From contig CM060733.1 of the NCBI GenBank assembly GCA_030704615.1, positions 34,224,001-34,288,000 on the forward strand: 64,000 nt of DNA. Direction: 5' to 3'. The notes under the pieces are model-generated. The model ran no database searches and had not been told where the DNA came from. It saw only the letters and a list, made by a program, of their open reading frames with translations. Source of the DNA: Takakia lepidozioides (taxonomy: Eukaryota > Plantae > Bryophyta). Shown here piece after piece: positions 1 to 12,745 of the stretch (within the stretch, counting starts at the first letter, position 1; every line of letters begins with the position of its first letter). A program made the position numbers and the translations under genes.

Positions 1-353
1 TGTACATTCTGTTAAAGCAAATGATGGTTAACAAGAACTGTAGACATTCCAAAGATATAGACTTGGTGAGACTCTGCCCATTTTTTATCCACACTGTACA
101 ATCAACAAACATTTGTTTCTTCATTACCTTCTTCACCGTGTACCTTGCCAACATGAACACCTCACTGCCTATATAACTGCCAAGCTGAAAGTAGTGAACA
201 TTCCGATCCACCCTCCCTCTTGATCTTGACTTTCCCTCTCTGCTGCTTTCCCCACCCTCAAAGCCCTTTGCTAGGAAGGGATTAGGGCTCCACATACCCA
301 CTTCCTCGAAACAATTGTAACAGCTCAATTAAAAAATTAACAAATGGATAGCC

Positions 354-1463
354 TTACAAGGAAGTCAAATGTGTAGAATCATACACATGGGGCCTATCTA
401 CAAAAATGTGCATGTCAATGCTCTCAGGGCCAGTGGACTTACATAGGAAGTAGAACACAGAGATCATGATAGCATCAAACAGGTACACAAAGGAATGCAT
501 GAATACAAGTAGGGGAGCTTCCCACATTTTGGAGAGAATGTTTTCAGACGACAGACTGGTCTTGGCGAGGATGTGATACTCAAACAAAATGTCCAATAAG
601 GTCCCATTCACGTTGGTCACAAGGAATAACAAAAGCGCCACTTGCATTTTCCCTTTGATGATAGACATGCTCTTGACAAGGGCCCCACCACCATAGCACT
701 CCTCTAGAACAGAGATGACATATGCCAGGTTGCACACGACATCCATATACGCGAATCCCAAAGACAATGCGAGTCCAAAAATGATGGCTCCCACAAACCC
801 TGCTGCAATAGCGGGAGAACTCGCTGCAATGCCAGAGCCCAAGCAGAGTATCAAAAGGCTGATAAAGGCAGCTGCAAACGCCAGAAAGATTGAGCAAGAC
901 CAGCAGAAAGTCACCATCAGGCGCTCCCACACCTTGCGAACCATACCTAGAATGGCTCCAAATGAAACTTTCTTGCCCGTATACGTGCACGCAACAATGT
1001 ACGCTACTCCTGCCTTGAACAAAGGTGAGAATATCGCAGAAATTGGCATAGCAATTACGTTGGATAATATGATCTCCGACATTCTTCCATAAAAAATCTT
1101 ATGGGACGGATTTTGGATCCTCAGCTCTGCGGCAAACTCAAGCTGTTTAGCCAGCCAGTGCATGAGAGGGATCTTTAGCAGAACATGAGAGAGAACAATA
1201 ACAGAGAGAGGGGTGGCAAGAGCTGCTGCCATTGAAGTCAACAGATTGGAATGTTTTCTAAGGATCCTGGTAGAATGTTGGAGGATGTCCAGCATTTGGA
1301 GCGACGGAGGAACTTCGGTATAGCCGGGCATCCCACAACTCTCCCTATCCTCTTTACTCTCCAAAAGCCTGTCTGCCACGTAACTTTCTCCTGCATCCTG
1401 TTCTCTTGCGTCTGATACGCTTTCCGCCATTCCCATTTCTCTTCCTTCCAAGTGCCTCTCCAT
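354..1463 (-). CDS. Intronless plant multi-pass membrane protein of unknown function (PTHR33133-like uncharacterised family)
   Basis: Open 369-aa ORF with about 6 hydrophobic segments. It shows the family-like pattern LDIL...RIL near the N-terminus and LAYVISVLEECYGGGALVKS and VFYFLCK near the C-terminus. Family recognised from memory, not by search. Confidence 0.75.
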   Translation of the reverse strand: MERHLEGREMGMAESVSDAREQDAGESYVADRLLESKEDRESCGMPGYTEVPPSLQMLDILQHSTRILRKHSNLLTSMAAALATPLSVIVLSHVLLKIPLMHWLAKQLEFAAELRIQNPSHKIFYGRMSEIILSNVIAMPISAIFSPLFKAGVAYIVACTYTGKKVSFGAILGMVRKVWERLMVTFCWSCSIFLAFAAAFISLLILCLGSGIAASSPAIAAGFVGAIIFGLALSLGFAYMDVVCNLAYVISVLEECYGGGALVKSMSIIKGKMQVALLLFLVTNVNGTLLDILFEYHILAKTSLSSENILSKMWEAPLLVFMHSFVYLFDAIMISVFYFLCKSTGPESIDMHIFVDRPHVYDSTHLTSL

Positions 1464-3464
1464 CTTGCACCTTGATCTCCAGACGCTTCCGAAACAACTA
1501 CCAAGGAGTAAAGTTTCTCATGTCTCTAGATCCTCAAAGCAGAACCCACCTTCCAAAATCAGATCAATGCACAACACACTGCAGATATCCCTCTCTTCGA
1601 TCAAACCCACCTTCGTCTCCTCCAAACGGAAGATCCTTGACAAGCTCCTCGTGCAATAATGTGAGCGGGCATCAAGCGGGTCAACACGTCAACACTGGCA
1701 CCGTCACGAGAGAGCTCCGAGAGGCCTTACAACCCTAATTGCTAACGTACGAGGCATCTCACTACACACTATGTACGTACAAAGTACTACTATACATTAC
1801 ATATTGCACAACTGGGCTGAATTTCTACATTCAACACAATTTATAACTTATTTTCTTCATATCCATTTAGCTTATTGTTGGCTCTGCTTTATTGGCAGAC
1901 TTTGCGGAGACATGCAAGTAAATGGAGAGAATGTGGTCAAAGGACCTTACACTGTGTCAAGGCTCTGATTGGTGTGTTGTGCTGAGTCATGCTGCCTAGT
2001 CTTACCTTCCTCTTATGTTGTGCCAAAACAAAGCAAGAGAGCCTATTGCCGTTTGAGGCTTGTTGTAAAGAGGAGACTAGGCATCAGTGTCAAAATCGCT
2101 AAGGGCGAAGACCCTGGTGTGCCTTCGCCTGGTGTCACCTCCTCTCCTTTGTTCACAACTCGTTCCTGATGTGCCTTCTCTAGGTAAACCTCTCTCAAGT
2201 TATATCTATTATATTGATCAACTTATGAGAAACAAATGGATGAATATTTAAGTTTATCATGGATGAAAGTAGATTTCAAATTTATTGACAAAGAAGAACA
2301 TAGATAAACATTCCATAGATACACATTCTATATGTCACTGGATTCTTGAATGGCCGCTCTCGCATCACTTTCTGCACTAGTAGCTTGCTCTCCCTGCTAT
2401 AGGGTTATTTGAGGGTCTGGCCCTCTCTTCTTGACTCAGTATGGTCTTCTCCTTGATTGCCTCCTTCATCATATTAGGAGGACGATTGTCTCTTGTTCAC
2501 TGTTCCAGATATCTCCTACACGGTTTGTCGTGTGATTAGGCCTCATGGAAGTGTTGGGGCTTGTAAAGGGTTTAATTTTTTCCCTTCAATAATTCTGAAA
2601 TAAAGCTCCAAGGGCCATATTCCACTAGCCCCTTGTTCTAGTGGACAACTGACGGTTGAACCACCAGTCATTTAAGTTAGCGCAATTGGAGAATGCTTTG
2701 AGTGCCACCCATATGATACTGGTCAAATTATGTTATGGATATGGTATGTTGTTCTCCCCCATTGTCCCATTAGCAAGCCTTCCCGGCAAGGTTATTGTGA
2801 AAGAGATTATTTTCTCCTGGCCACGAAGTCCTGTCTACAAGAAAGAAAGAGAATCTCTAAGCTAGGAAGCAGAGAGACTGAGCAAGAGAGGCCAAAAAGA
2901 CCTCCAAGTTGCAATAGCCCTTACAAGAACTACATGGAGAAATTGTCAAAAGAAAGCTGAATCTTAAAATTTCCCTTCCTAAACGATTTATGGTGCCTCC
3001 AGTTGACTTCTGGCTCCTCAACCTCCAAGGGAGAGTGCTTAATGCTGAGAGAACTTCCAACTTGCTAGGATATTGTCATTCCACCATATTGAAGAGGCAG
3101 ATTGTCTGGTGCAGCTTCTTCCTTCATTCCTCTCTTCCTCTAGTTCTCCTTCTTTTCCTCCATTTCTTCAAAGACTAGTCACCTAGTCACGACTCTCCGG
3201 CTCATGTGACAGTCACCACTTCAATCGCAGTCTAATTATATTTAACTTAGTCGAATAAACACCGCAACTACTTGTAACAACGATCCTAAAACTTCATCTC
3301 ATTTGTCTTTTAGATAGATGGTCATAAATGTATGTGTTCGATGGCAGAAGCCATAGTACTAGTCTTTCTATTAAGCATGGTAGTTTGTTTTGATCTATTT
3401 CGTAGCGTTATTGAGATCTCCCAAACCGCAAAGCCTCCGCCCGTGGTCTTGATACCTATGGAAA

Positions 3465-3689
3465 TGTTGAGAAACTTAACTAGACTATACTGATATATTG
3501 AGCATAGTGAACAGGCCTGACTTAATAGGCAAACGGAAGGTCATTAACCTATGGACCGCAATGAACCGCATCTAAGCGATAACATGAGTCAAACACACAC
3601 TAAGAGACAAAACTAAATGATTGCAACAAGCTAACCAGCACTAAGCTAGTCGAAACTTAAGCCGCTGATTTAGGTCGTCTTTTCCAACA
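3465..3689 (-). mobile_element. Ty1/copia 3' LTR (225 bp)
   Basis: Reverse complement reads TGTTGGAAAAGACGAC...TTTCTCAACA and aligns with the LTR at 6084-6304. PPT GAGAGGGGG at 3690-3698 (minus). Flanked by TTTCC (3460-3464, minus). Confidence 0.9.
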
Positions 3690-4002
3690 CCCCCTCTCGA
3701 CCTGATCAAGGAGAGTGTTGCATCTGAGACATGTAATCATACTTGTGCGAGAGAGAGCACCCTAATATAACTCCGATGTCTCTCGAACTTTTGTCTACCA
3801 ACTTGTTTCGTGAATATATCAGTAGGTTATTCTTCTGTACAGATGAATTTCAGTGCTATCTCCCCCTCTAGCACCCTTTCACGAATGAAATGGTGCTTAG
3901 CTTCTATGTGCTTGGTGCATGAGTGGAAGATGGGATTCTTAGCGAGCTTAATAGCACCTTGATTATTGCAGTGAAGATGCACATCCAGCCTAGTAGGAAT
4001 GT
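3690..4002 (-). pseudogene. Copia RNase H C-terminal half plus PPT
   Basis: HLHCNNQGAIKLAKNPIFHSCTKHIEAKHHFIRERV...*PTDIFTK is the standard copia RNase H motif set, with an in-frame stop. Confidence 0.9.
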
Positions 4003-5100
4003 GTGCTTCGGAAAGATTGGACTGAATGTGATGATCAGAATGTGCGAGATGAATAGAAGTAGAAGGAAAGATGGAAGGTATGGAAAGATATCTGGAAGAA
4101 ACATAGGGCAACTAAAATCTCAGCTTTCTTGTGGAAATTGGCTCATAGGATCTTACCAGTCAATGTCAAGACCTTGTTCAACAACTCCTCTTGCGGTTTA
4201 TGCATGGCTCAGTCGGAGACCATTGAACATTGCCTGGCTGACTGCCCTTTTCCTGCCAGAGTTTGGAGAGCTGTGATGTGTTTCTACTCTAATTGGGATA
4301 CCTTCCCATCCCCCATCTCTTCTTCTCTGCTGCTCTTGAATTTCCAGCCTTCTTTTAGTCCTACTTCATGCCCAGTTCGGGCCTGCAGTCTGAGGGCTCT
4401 AACCCTGTGGAACCTGTGGAAGGCTAGGTGTTCTCAGATGTATGAGGGAAGACCCCCTAGGGCAGGTCTATTCTGTTTAATATATATCAAGACCTGCTTA
4501 CTGAGGGGAGGAAGGCTTGGGGAACCTTGTGTGCAGTTGTTTCTAGGTCTTCTGAAGAACGTGGCAGGCAGCTCATCAATGACTTTTACCAGTCCTGGGG
4601 GAAAAATGACACTATCGGAACCATGCTTCCCAACTTGCGATTCTGCTGGAAAATCAGCACTCCATCTCATTGGACTGTCCCCTAGTGAAGGAGACGATGC
4701 GGATTTTAATTGGAGACACAAGAAGCCTCGTGTGACCAAGTTAAGGACCCAGTTGAGGTTTTAGCTTGTAGTACTTGGCCCTCTTTCATCTTTTCTCCTG
4801 GCTTCCTGTCATGGAGAATAGAGCTTCCTTGAACTATCTGAAGTCTTTTTAATCTTCCCTGCCCGTCATCATTCTTAGGCTTGGTTTTATGTTACTTATT
4901 AGGCCTAGATTTCTAGTTCCAGTTTTCTCTTGGTGCACGAGATGCGACCCCCCCATCCACCTTTTTTTTTTTTTCTCTGCTTGTAGCTTGAATGCTGTGG
5001 TTATGGGGATGTTCCCCCTCAGTGAGCCTTACGGCCTCCCTGGTGGTTGTTTTTTCCACCTTTTTGTGAACATTTATCTGATTTAATTTGATTAAAAGGG
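4003..5100 (+). mobile_element. L1-type LINE, 3' part of ORF2 (zf-RVT) and 3' UTR
   Basis: WKDIWK...KISAFLWKLAHRILPVN...CGLC...ETIEHCLADC...LWNLWKARC is the zf-RVT/C-terminal domain of plant LINE ORF2. 3' end approximate; no clear poly(A). Confidence 0.8.
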
Positions 5101-5499
5101 CCTCTATCCCCTTTTATTTTATTTTTTTAAATGTTCAATGATTATCTTGAGTAATGTAAAAACCTAATGCAGGCGTCCGATTTGACGGTTTTCACCGAAT
5201 TCAGGCAGTGTCGGCTCTTTGAGTTTTTTTGAGACGGATGACACACAAGCCGTAATTTGTCTCATGTCCTCACCCACCAACAATAATTCTAATGGCATTT
5301 GAGCTTTGTGACACTATAAGTTATGTGTGCTTCAGCAAGACTTTTTTCCCTTCATTTAGTCTCAAAATCTCTTTATTTTAAATTTAAATAAAAAATACAA
5401 TTTTGTTTTAAATCAAAATACACTTTATATAAACTAGTATGGCATGTCACCGGCGCCATTGAACACATACACTTATGACCATGTGTACCAAAAGACAAA

Positions 5500-6083
5500 T
5501 GAAGGGCCAATATTCTAGAAATCCCCAATTTGCTATTTTTCATAAATTTTCAGTGACAAAAAATACTTGAAATTCCATATTTCTCAGAGCGTAGGTCCAA
5601 AGATTATGAAACCACCTCGTGTACCCCTACTCATCAAGGGTTTTTCAGCGGTATCATGACCACGGAAAGAGGCCTTGCGATTTAGGAGATCTCAACGACA
5701 CTACAAAACAAACAAAAAGTCTGACGCCTCCCGAAGGAAGCATAAATTATGGTGTCTCTTCACCACAAGGGCTACTGCCTTCCAGCTGAAAGGTGGATAC
5801 CTTCATGACACACCATACCGTGGTTTGAACCCAAAATCACATCCAACATGGTATGTGCCCATTACAAAACAAACAAAAGAAACTACCTTGCTTAATACAT
5901 CGACTAGTGTGACCTGCGACGTTGACACATATTATACAATCATTTTACATCCTAGAGAAATCCAATTTGCTACTTTTCATGAATTTCAAGTGACAAAAGA
6001 CACTTGAAATTCAACATCCCCACACCACAGATCCGAAAAATATCAAACCTCCTCCATGCACCCCTACTGATTGAGGTCTTTCC
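5500..6083. repeat. Diverged tandem repeat (two units; the second continues at 3459->3360 across the copia insertion/inversion)
   Basis: CCAATTTGCTA...TTTCA(A)GTGACAAAA...ACTTGAAATTC...CCCCTACT recurs at about 5520-5630 and 5960-6070. The reverse complement of 3360-3459 matches the continuation of unit 1 (GGTATCA.GACCACGG...GGAGATCTCAA). Confidence 0.65.
5718..5862 (-). mobile_element. tRNA-derived SINE, 5'-truncated copy
   Basis: Homologous to 17330-17511. Flanked by a 16-bp direct repeat TACAAAACAAACAAAA (5702-5717 and 5863-5878). Retains the B box GGTTCAAACC on the minus strand. Confidence 0.8.
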
Positions 6084-6304
6084 TGTTGGAAAAGACGACT
6101 TGAATCAACGGCTTAAGTTTTGACTAGATTAGTGCCGGTTAGCTTGTTGCAATCATTTAGTTTTGTCTCGTTGTGTGTGTGACTCACGTTATCGCTTAGA
6201 CGTGGTTCATTGCGGTCCATAGAGTAGCGGTGTCGCTTGTCTATTTAGTCAAGCCTGTTCACTATGCTCAATAGATCAGTATAGTCTAGTTAAGTTTCTC
6301 AACA
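6084..6304 (+). mobile_element. Ty1/copia 5' LTR (221 bp)
   Basis: TG...CA termini, preceded by TTTCC and followed directly by the PBS. Confidence 0.9.
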
Positions 6305-6317
6305 TGGTATCAAAGCC
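6305..6317 (+). promoter_or_regulatory. Copia primer-binding site (initiator tRNA-Met)
   Basis: TGGTATCAAAGCC differs by one base from the canonical TGGTATCAGAGC. Confidence 0.85.
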
Positions 6318-6630
6318 AGGAGGCTCTCTAGAACAATGCTTGAATAAGTGAGTAGTCAAGACGGTACAGTGACTGTGAGAGTTCCAGTTAGATACTAACA
6401 TCGGTTGATTAACTCTAAGCTAATACTCTGGTTTCTAAGTGAGAATTCCTTAGAACAATTCTTATTTCATATCGATCAGTTGTTTTGTTCTACACTAACA
6501 CTGTAATTTCAAAGTGAGAGTTCCTTAGAACAGTTCTTATTTCATATCGGTTGTTTTGTGCTACGCTAACATGCTGGTTTCTAAATGAGAGTTCCTTAGA
6601 ACAGTTCTTGTTTTTTTTTTATCGAACTCA

Positions 6631-6872
6631 ATGGAGCCGGCACGATTAATTTCCGAGAGTGACAAGTTGGAAGGTTCAAAGAACTATATATCCTGGTCCA
6701 TTCGTGTGAAGAATATCTTGAAACGTGATGAAGTGTGGGATGAAATTGGCTTTGATCCTCCACATGCAGGTGCAAAAGGTGGCGTTGGTGCTCCTTGTGA
6801 AGTGGTCAATGCTAATGTACAAGCTCAAGCACCGGACGTTGCTGTTAATCCTCTTGCACCGGTCAATGTTGC
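6631..6872 (+). pseudogene. Copia gag N-terminus, interrupted by the gypsy insertion
   Basis: KLEGSKNYISWSIRVKNILKRDEVW is a copia gag N-terminal motif. The frame resumes at 14007. Confidence 0.85.
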
Positions 6873-7522
6873 TGTCACGGACATAGCTCGGAGGAACTTA
6901 CCAGGAGTAAATACCAGAAGTTATCAAGTTACCATGTTATCAGAAGTTACCATGACTTACCATAATTTACCATTACTTATCAAGTTATCGGGAGTTTACC
7001 AAATTATTAAGAGTAACTTAGGAAACTGCTCAGGAAGCTTCCTTTGGAGATACCTCATTTGTTTAAGGAAGCTTCTCTATCAAGAAACCTTTATTTAATT
7101 TTGGAAACTTCTCCATCAAGAAACCTCCATATGGGAAGCTTCTTAGGGAACTTCTTAGTAGCCAGTATATATAGGAGGCGAAACTGAACACTCTTCAGTA
7201 TCACCAACACAAGTTCAAGCTACTCTTATTCCCAGTCCAGTACTCCAGTCCAACTTCCAGAATCTAGTCCAGTTTCTAGTATCTGGTATTCCAGTCCAGT
7301 TTCTAGCATTCCAGTATTCAAGTCGAGTTCCAGTATCTTGTACTCTTATCCATTGTTATAAAGATCATCTTGATATCATGTTTACCCACCATGCATTCGG
7401 CCACGCCGACCTTGATTTCTTGTCTAGTCTTGTACCTCTAGTCTGATCTCTTGTTTGTGTTCAGTCATGTTCTCGTCCTTGACAGTTTGGCGAGACTAAA
7501 GTTTGATCCTTAGTTAGTTAAG

Positions 7523-10500
7523 ATGGAAGACACATTTGCGAAAATGATCACCACATTGCAGAGTCTTCAGCTCCAGATGCAAGAACTTCGTACCTCTTCC
7601 GCCCAATTGCAAGCTGATCAGTCTCAAGATCTTGACAACGCTCTCCATAATTTGCAACAACAAATTTCAGAGTTAAAGGAGTCGAACAATGGATCTTCAA
7701 CCATACGAGTCCCTACTGCAACAACTCCTACTGCAACGGTTCCTCTTCAACAGATTACGAGAGAACCAAAGATCAACATGCCCGAGAAATTTGATGGGAC
7801 GAGATCAAGTTTTCGCGGTTTTGTTTAACAAGTACGACTGTTCCTACGACTACATCCACAACGCTACCCCGATGAAGGTATTTAAGTGGAATTCGTGGGC
7901 ACCCTTCTATCAGGCACTGCCCTATCTTGGTTTGCACCGCTATAAGAAAAAAAAATCGCATTTACTATATAATTTTGAAGCATTCATGTCCGAGTTCACT
8001 GCAACGTTTGGAGAGAATGATAGAGAGAGAGTTGCAGAGACAAAGATGCGAAATCTTCGACAAGGAGCATGTCTTGCTTCCGTTTATGCTGCCGAATTTC
8101 GACAACTTGCATGCGACCTCGACTGGAATAAGAAGAACCTCATTAGTCAGTTTCGATGTGGGCTAAAAGATGATGTAAAAGATTTGTTGCTGACAATATC
8201 AAACGTGAGCACACTGAGTGAATTCATCACCCAAGTCATTGCATGTGATAATCGTTTGTTCGAAAGACGTCAAGAGAAGCGATCTGGATGGTCGACGATG
8301 CATCATGTCACTGCTACTACGGCACCAAATACAACGATCCATCAGACATCCAGTATTGATCATATGCAGATTGATGTTGTCCGATTCAAGCCATTGATGC
8401 CACAAGAAAAACAAAGACGGTGCTCGAATGGATTATGCCTCTATTGCGGAGAAGAAGGTCACATAGCATTAAACTGCCCTAACAAGAGAAGATTTAAAGC
8501 TCGGGACACAACTCAAGTGTTCGATACGAGGAGGTCGGAAAACGAAGATGTCCAGTCACAGTAGGGACCATGCGGCTGGACACCACAAATTCCTTACCGA
8601 AAAAAAATCTCTTTCTACCTCCAGACCCTGCACCTTGCATCACAGTTCCGGTAAAAATCAGAGTGGAAAATCGAGATATCTCTGTAGAAATACTTTTGGA
8701 CTTAGGAGCTTCAGCTTGTTTTATGGACAAAAACTTTGCGAAACAACACAATTTAACGCTCGTAAAGAAGAAACTCTCGGCCCCCGTTGAAGTCATCGAT
8801 GGACGACCGTTAGCATCAGGAAATGTGGACCATGAAACTCGACCACTTGAAGTGAAGCTTAAAGATCAAGCATCACATATTGTTTTCAATGTCATCCAGT
8901 CTCCAACGAATCCTGTGATCCTTGGACTTCCCTGGTTCGTACTTCCCAATCCCGACATCGTCTGGCGATCGCGAAAAATTTCTGCAAGACAAAAATGTAG
9001 AAATATCAAAGGTATTCAACCCCTGTTCCTTTGGAGCTAGAGCTTTCATGAGAGCTACCAAAAAGGAGGCGGCATTTGTATTTTATACGACTCCTATCAA
9101 GACCACAACAGACAAAGGTACTTCAATATTACCCGCTCAATATCAATATTTCAAAGATGTCTTCGAGAAGAAAAATGCAGACATATTGCCAGAACATCGA
9201 CTTTATGACTGTGAAACTGAGTTACAAGAAGGAGCCCAACCACCATTCGGCCCAATCTATAACTTATCCCAGACGGAGTTGGCTGCATTACGTGAATACA
9301 TTGATGAAAATTTGTCGAAGCACTTCATCCGACATTCAAAAGCACCTGTGGGGGCACCTATCTTGTTTGTGAAAAAGAAGGACGGACCATTATGCATGTG
9401 TGTCGACTATCGTGGTCTCAACGAAGTAACATCAAGAATCGTTATCCGTTGCCGCTAATTTTTGGGCTTCTCGACCAGTTGGAACGAGCGAAGATTTCAC
9501 CAAAATTGACTTGAGATGAGCTTATAACCTTATACGGATAAAAGAATGAGACGAATGGAAAACAACTTTTCGAACAAGGTATGGACATTTTGAATACAAT
9601 GTTATGTCTTTCGGTATTACAAATGCTCAAGCAATTTTTCAACATATGATAAATGACATCTTTCGAGAATTTTTAGATGACTTTATAGTCATCTATTTGG
9701 ACGACATTTTGATAATTTCACAGAATGAAGAAGAACATGGCCGCCATGTATGTCTTGTCTTTGATAAATTAAGGGAAAGAGGACTATATGCCAAGTTAGA
9801 TAAATGTCTTTTCCATTAATTTGAGGTCGAATTTATGGGCTACATTATTTCCGACAAAGACGTCTTTATGGATCAGAAGAAAATACAAACCATCATCGAG
9901 TGGATTAAACCAACTTTGGTCCGAGATATACAATATTTTCTGGGCTTTGTAAATTTCTACAAAATCTTCATCAATGATTCCTCCAAAATTGCTGCACCAT
10001 TGACACGACTCACAGGGAAGGACAAATTTGTATGGGACGAGGAGGCTGACCAGGCATTTGAAAGGCTGAAGCATGCATTTACAACAGCTCCAATACTGGT
10101 ACATGCAGACCCATCTAAGCCATTCTTCTTGGAAGCAGATGCATCAGACTTTGCACTTGACGCTATACTCTCTCAATACGGTACGGATGGCCGACTTCAC
10201 CCTGTTGGTTTTCATTCTCGCAAATTTTCCGCTGCAGAGATCAATTATGAAATCCATGACAAAGAACTTCTAGCGATCATTGATGTTTTTGAGGAGTGAC
10301 GTCATCTACTGGAGGGAGCTACACATCAGGTCACTGTCTACACTGATCACCAAAACCTCGAATATTTTATGAGTGCTCGTATTTTGAATCGACGTCAAAC
10401 AAGATGGGGTATGTCACTAGCAAGGTTTGATTTTATCATTACTTATCGCCCCGGACATCTTCAAGGGAAACCCGATGCTCTTTCTCGACGATCGTATCTT

Positions 10501-12745
10501 GCGCCGAAAAAAGGGGAGGCAGCTTTCGACCAACATAAATCCACCATCTTGAAACCAACAAATCTCCAATTGAATATGTTATCCCTGTCCACCTATGACG
10601 ATGCAGAGATCATAAAGGAGATTCAGGAAGCACTGAAGAGCGACCAATTTGCTACGACACTACGAAGTCAACTAAATCAACCTCGAGACAACCCACGTGT
10701 TACAAACGACTTCGAATTCAAAGATGACTTACTTTATTTCAATGGACTTCTCTATGTACCTCCAGGACCTACACAACTTCGAATTCGTCAAACATGTCAT
10801 GATTTTCCGGCTGCAGGACATTTCGGCTTCAACAAAACAATGGAATTGATATCCATGGACTATTGGTGGCCGCAGATGTGGAAACTCGTGAAAGAATTTT
10901 TAAAATCTTGCGACACGTGTGCTATAGCGAAAAACCCTATTGTTATCAAACCGGGCCCTACCATAGAATGAGGGGCTAGAGACCTCCTGGGGATGTCTGC
11001 AAAGCAGAATTAGCTACGCTTGTATCTAAATCACTGGCACTTACACTCACTTCTTCAAACATCAAGGCAGGGTTTAGGGGAAAATGTATTTATCCTTTGA
11101 TGCTCATGCGATGGACAAAAAGTTTGGTCCATCATCAATATTTGTAGGTCGCACTGTTCTTAATTACTATGACAATGAAGATGATGAAAGAGATGCTTCA
11201 GAAGAACATGAAGGTATAGATGAGGACAACCGTGAAGGAGAAGACATCGATGATGTGAGCAACCAACTCACATCATCGACGTCTTCTCTTTAGACTTTCA
11301 TGGCTGTCCTCATCCACATTACAACATAATGCGATATATCTGACTGCAAGGCTGGGTAGTCATGGTTTTCCTGACTTTGACCATGACTTCCCTGTATTTT
11401 TGGACCAAATCAGGCTTCACGTAGTCGTTAAAATGACTGCGTGACTACGTAGTCCTCTTGGTGACTACGGTGGTAGACTTCGTCATGGCTCCGCACTAGA
11501 TGGAAGGTTGGTCAATGATAGTTGACCATCGCGAACTCACCACCAAATAGTCGTTGGAATGACTTCTAGTGCAAGCCTGGTAGCCAAAAGGTTTTTTTTT
11601 TTCTTAAAGTTGCTTATATGGTTGCTTATTAGAGGGCTGGGACTTAGTTTTTTTCTTTTTTCTTCTGCGCGGTTTCTTAGTATCGAGCTGTTGTGCCATG
11701 GAACACGATGATCGCAGGATAGGGCGTACGGACCTTCCAATTTCCAAGACCACCGATTCAATCCTAGTTATTGTAGATCGTTTTACAAAGATGACACATT
11801 TCATTCCATGTAATAAGTCGGTTACCGGCAAGGAAACTGCAAGACTCTTCCTCAATAATATCTACCGCATTCATGGACTCCCGAAGGACATCGTATCTGA
11901 TCGAGGACTACAGTTAACATCAAATTTCTGGAGGGGATTATTTCACATATTGGATACCAAGATCAACCTCTCTACAGCTAATCATCCACAGACTGATGGT
12001 CACACCGAACGTGTAAACCAGATTTTGGAGTAGTATCTTCGATGTACGATAAATTATCACCAAGATAATTGGACGGAAGTCATTGGCTGAGTTTGCCTAC
12101 AACAACACTATACATTCTTCAACCAAGCAAACGTCATTTTTCTCCAATTATGGTCGTCATCCTCGCGCAAACCCTTTCCACATGAAGACTGTTAAAAGCC
12201 GTACTGCAGAAAACCTTACTACTCATCTTGCTACGATTCACAATGACCTTACATTTCACCTCGCAGAAGCTCAAAAACAATACAAGGAGTATGTAGATCA
12301 ACGTCGTCAACTCCAACCCCAAGTTCAAGGTCGGAGAGCGTGTGTGGCTTCTTTGACATGACATACAAACCTCGCGACCATCAATCAACACCTGGAACCA
12401 TTCAAAATTATTCGACAAATAAATCCGGTCAGTTTTCGGCTTGAACTCCCACGAAGTATGCGCATCCATCCAGTCTTTCATGTTTCATTATTGGAGTCGT
12501 ATCATCCATCGAATATTCTAGGGAGAGTCTTCGTACCACCTCCACCAATCGAAATCAATCGGGAAATTGAGTATGAAGTCGACGAAGTCCTAGACTCTCG
12601 CATCAAGTATAAACGTCTTGAGTATTTCATACATTGGAAATGTTACGACATCAGCGAACGAATGTGAGAGCCTTCATCCAACCTCGCCAATGCATCTGAC
12701 AAAGTCCAAGAGTTTCATCGACGATATCCAGCTAAGCCCCGACCT
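7523..12745 (+). pseudogene. gag-pol of the Tcn1-like chromovirus (gag, zinc knuckle, PR, RT, RNase H, IN, chromodomain), many stops and frameshifts
   Basis: PEKFDG; CLYCGEEGHIALNC; LLDLGASACF; YLDDIL; EADASD...YEIHDKELLA; GHFG...CDTC; IVSDRG...HPQTDGHTER; [10 protein letters not shown]; [11 protein letters not shown]...YFIHWK chromodomain. Confidence 0.92.
10940..11731 (+). mobile_element. Foreign insert in the gypsy integrase containing a pogo/DDE_1-type transposase C-terminal fragment
   Basis: About 790 bp replaces the integrase segment between CDTCAIAKNP and DLPISK. Translation near 11000-11150 gives ELATLVSKSLALTLTSSNIKAGFRGKCIYP/FDAHAMDKKFGPS, resembling the DDE_1 tail (ALTxxNIKxGFRxxGIxP). 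Confidence 0.55.

Noticed and set aside
1465-3178. Assorted 60-110-aa ORFs upstream of the membrane-protein gene
   Set aside because: No motifs; consistent with antisense or intergenic noise.
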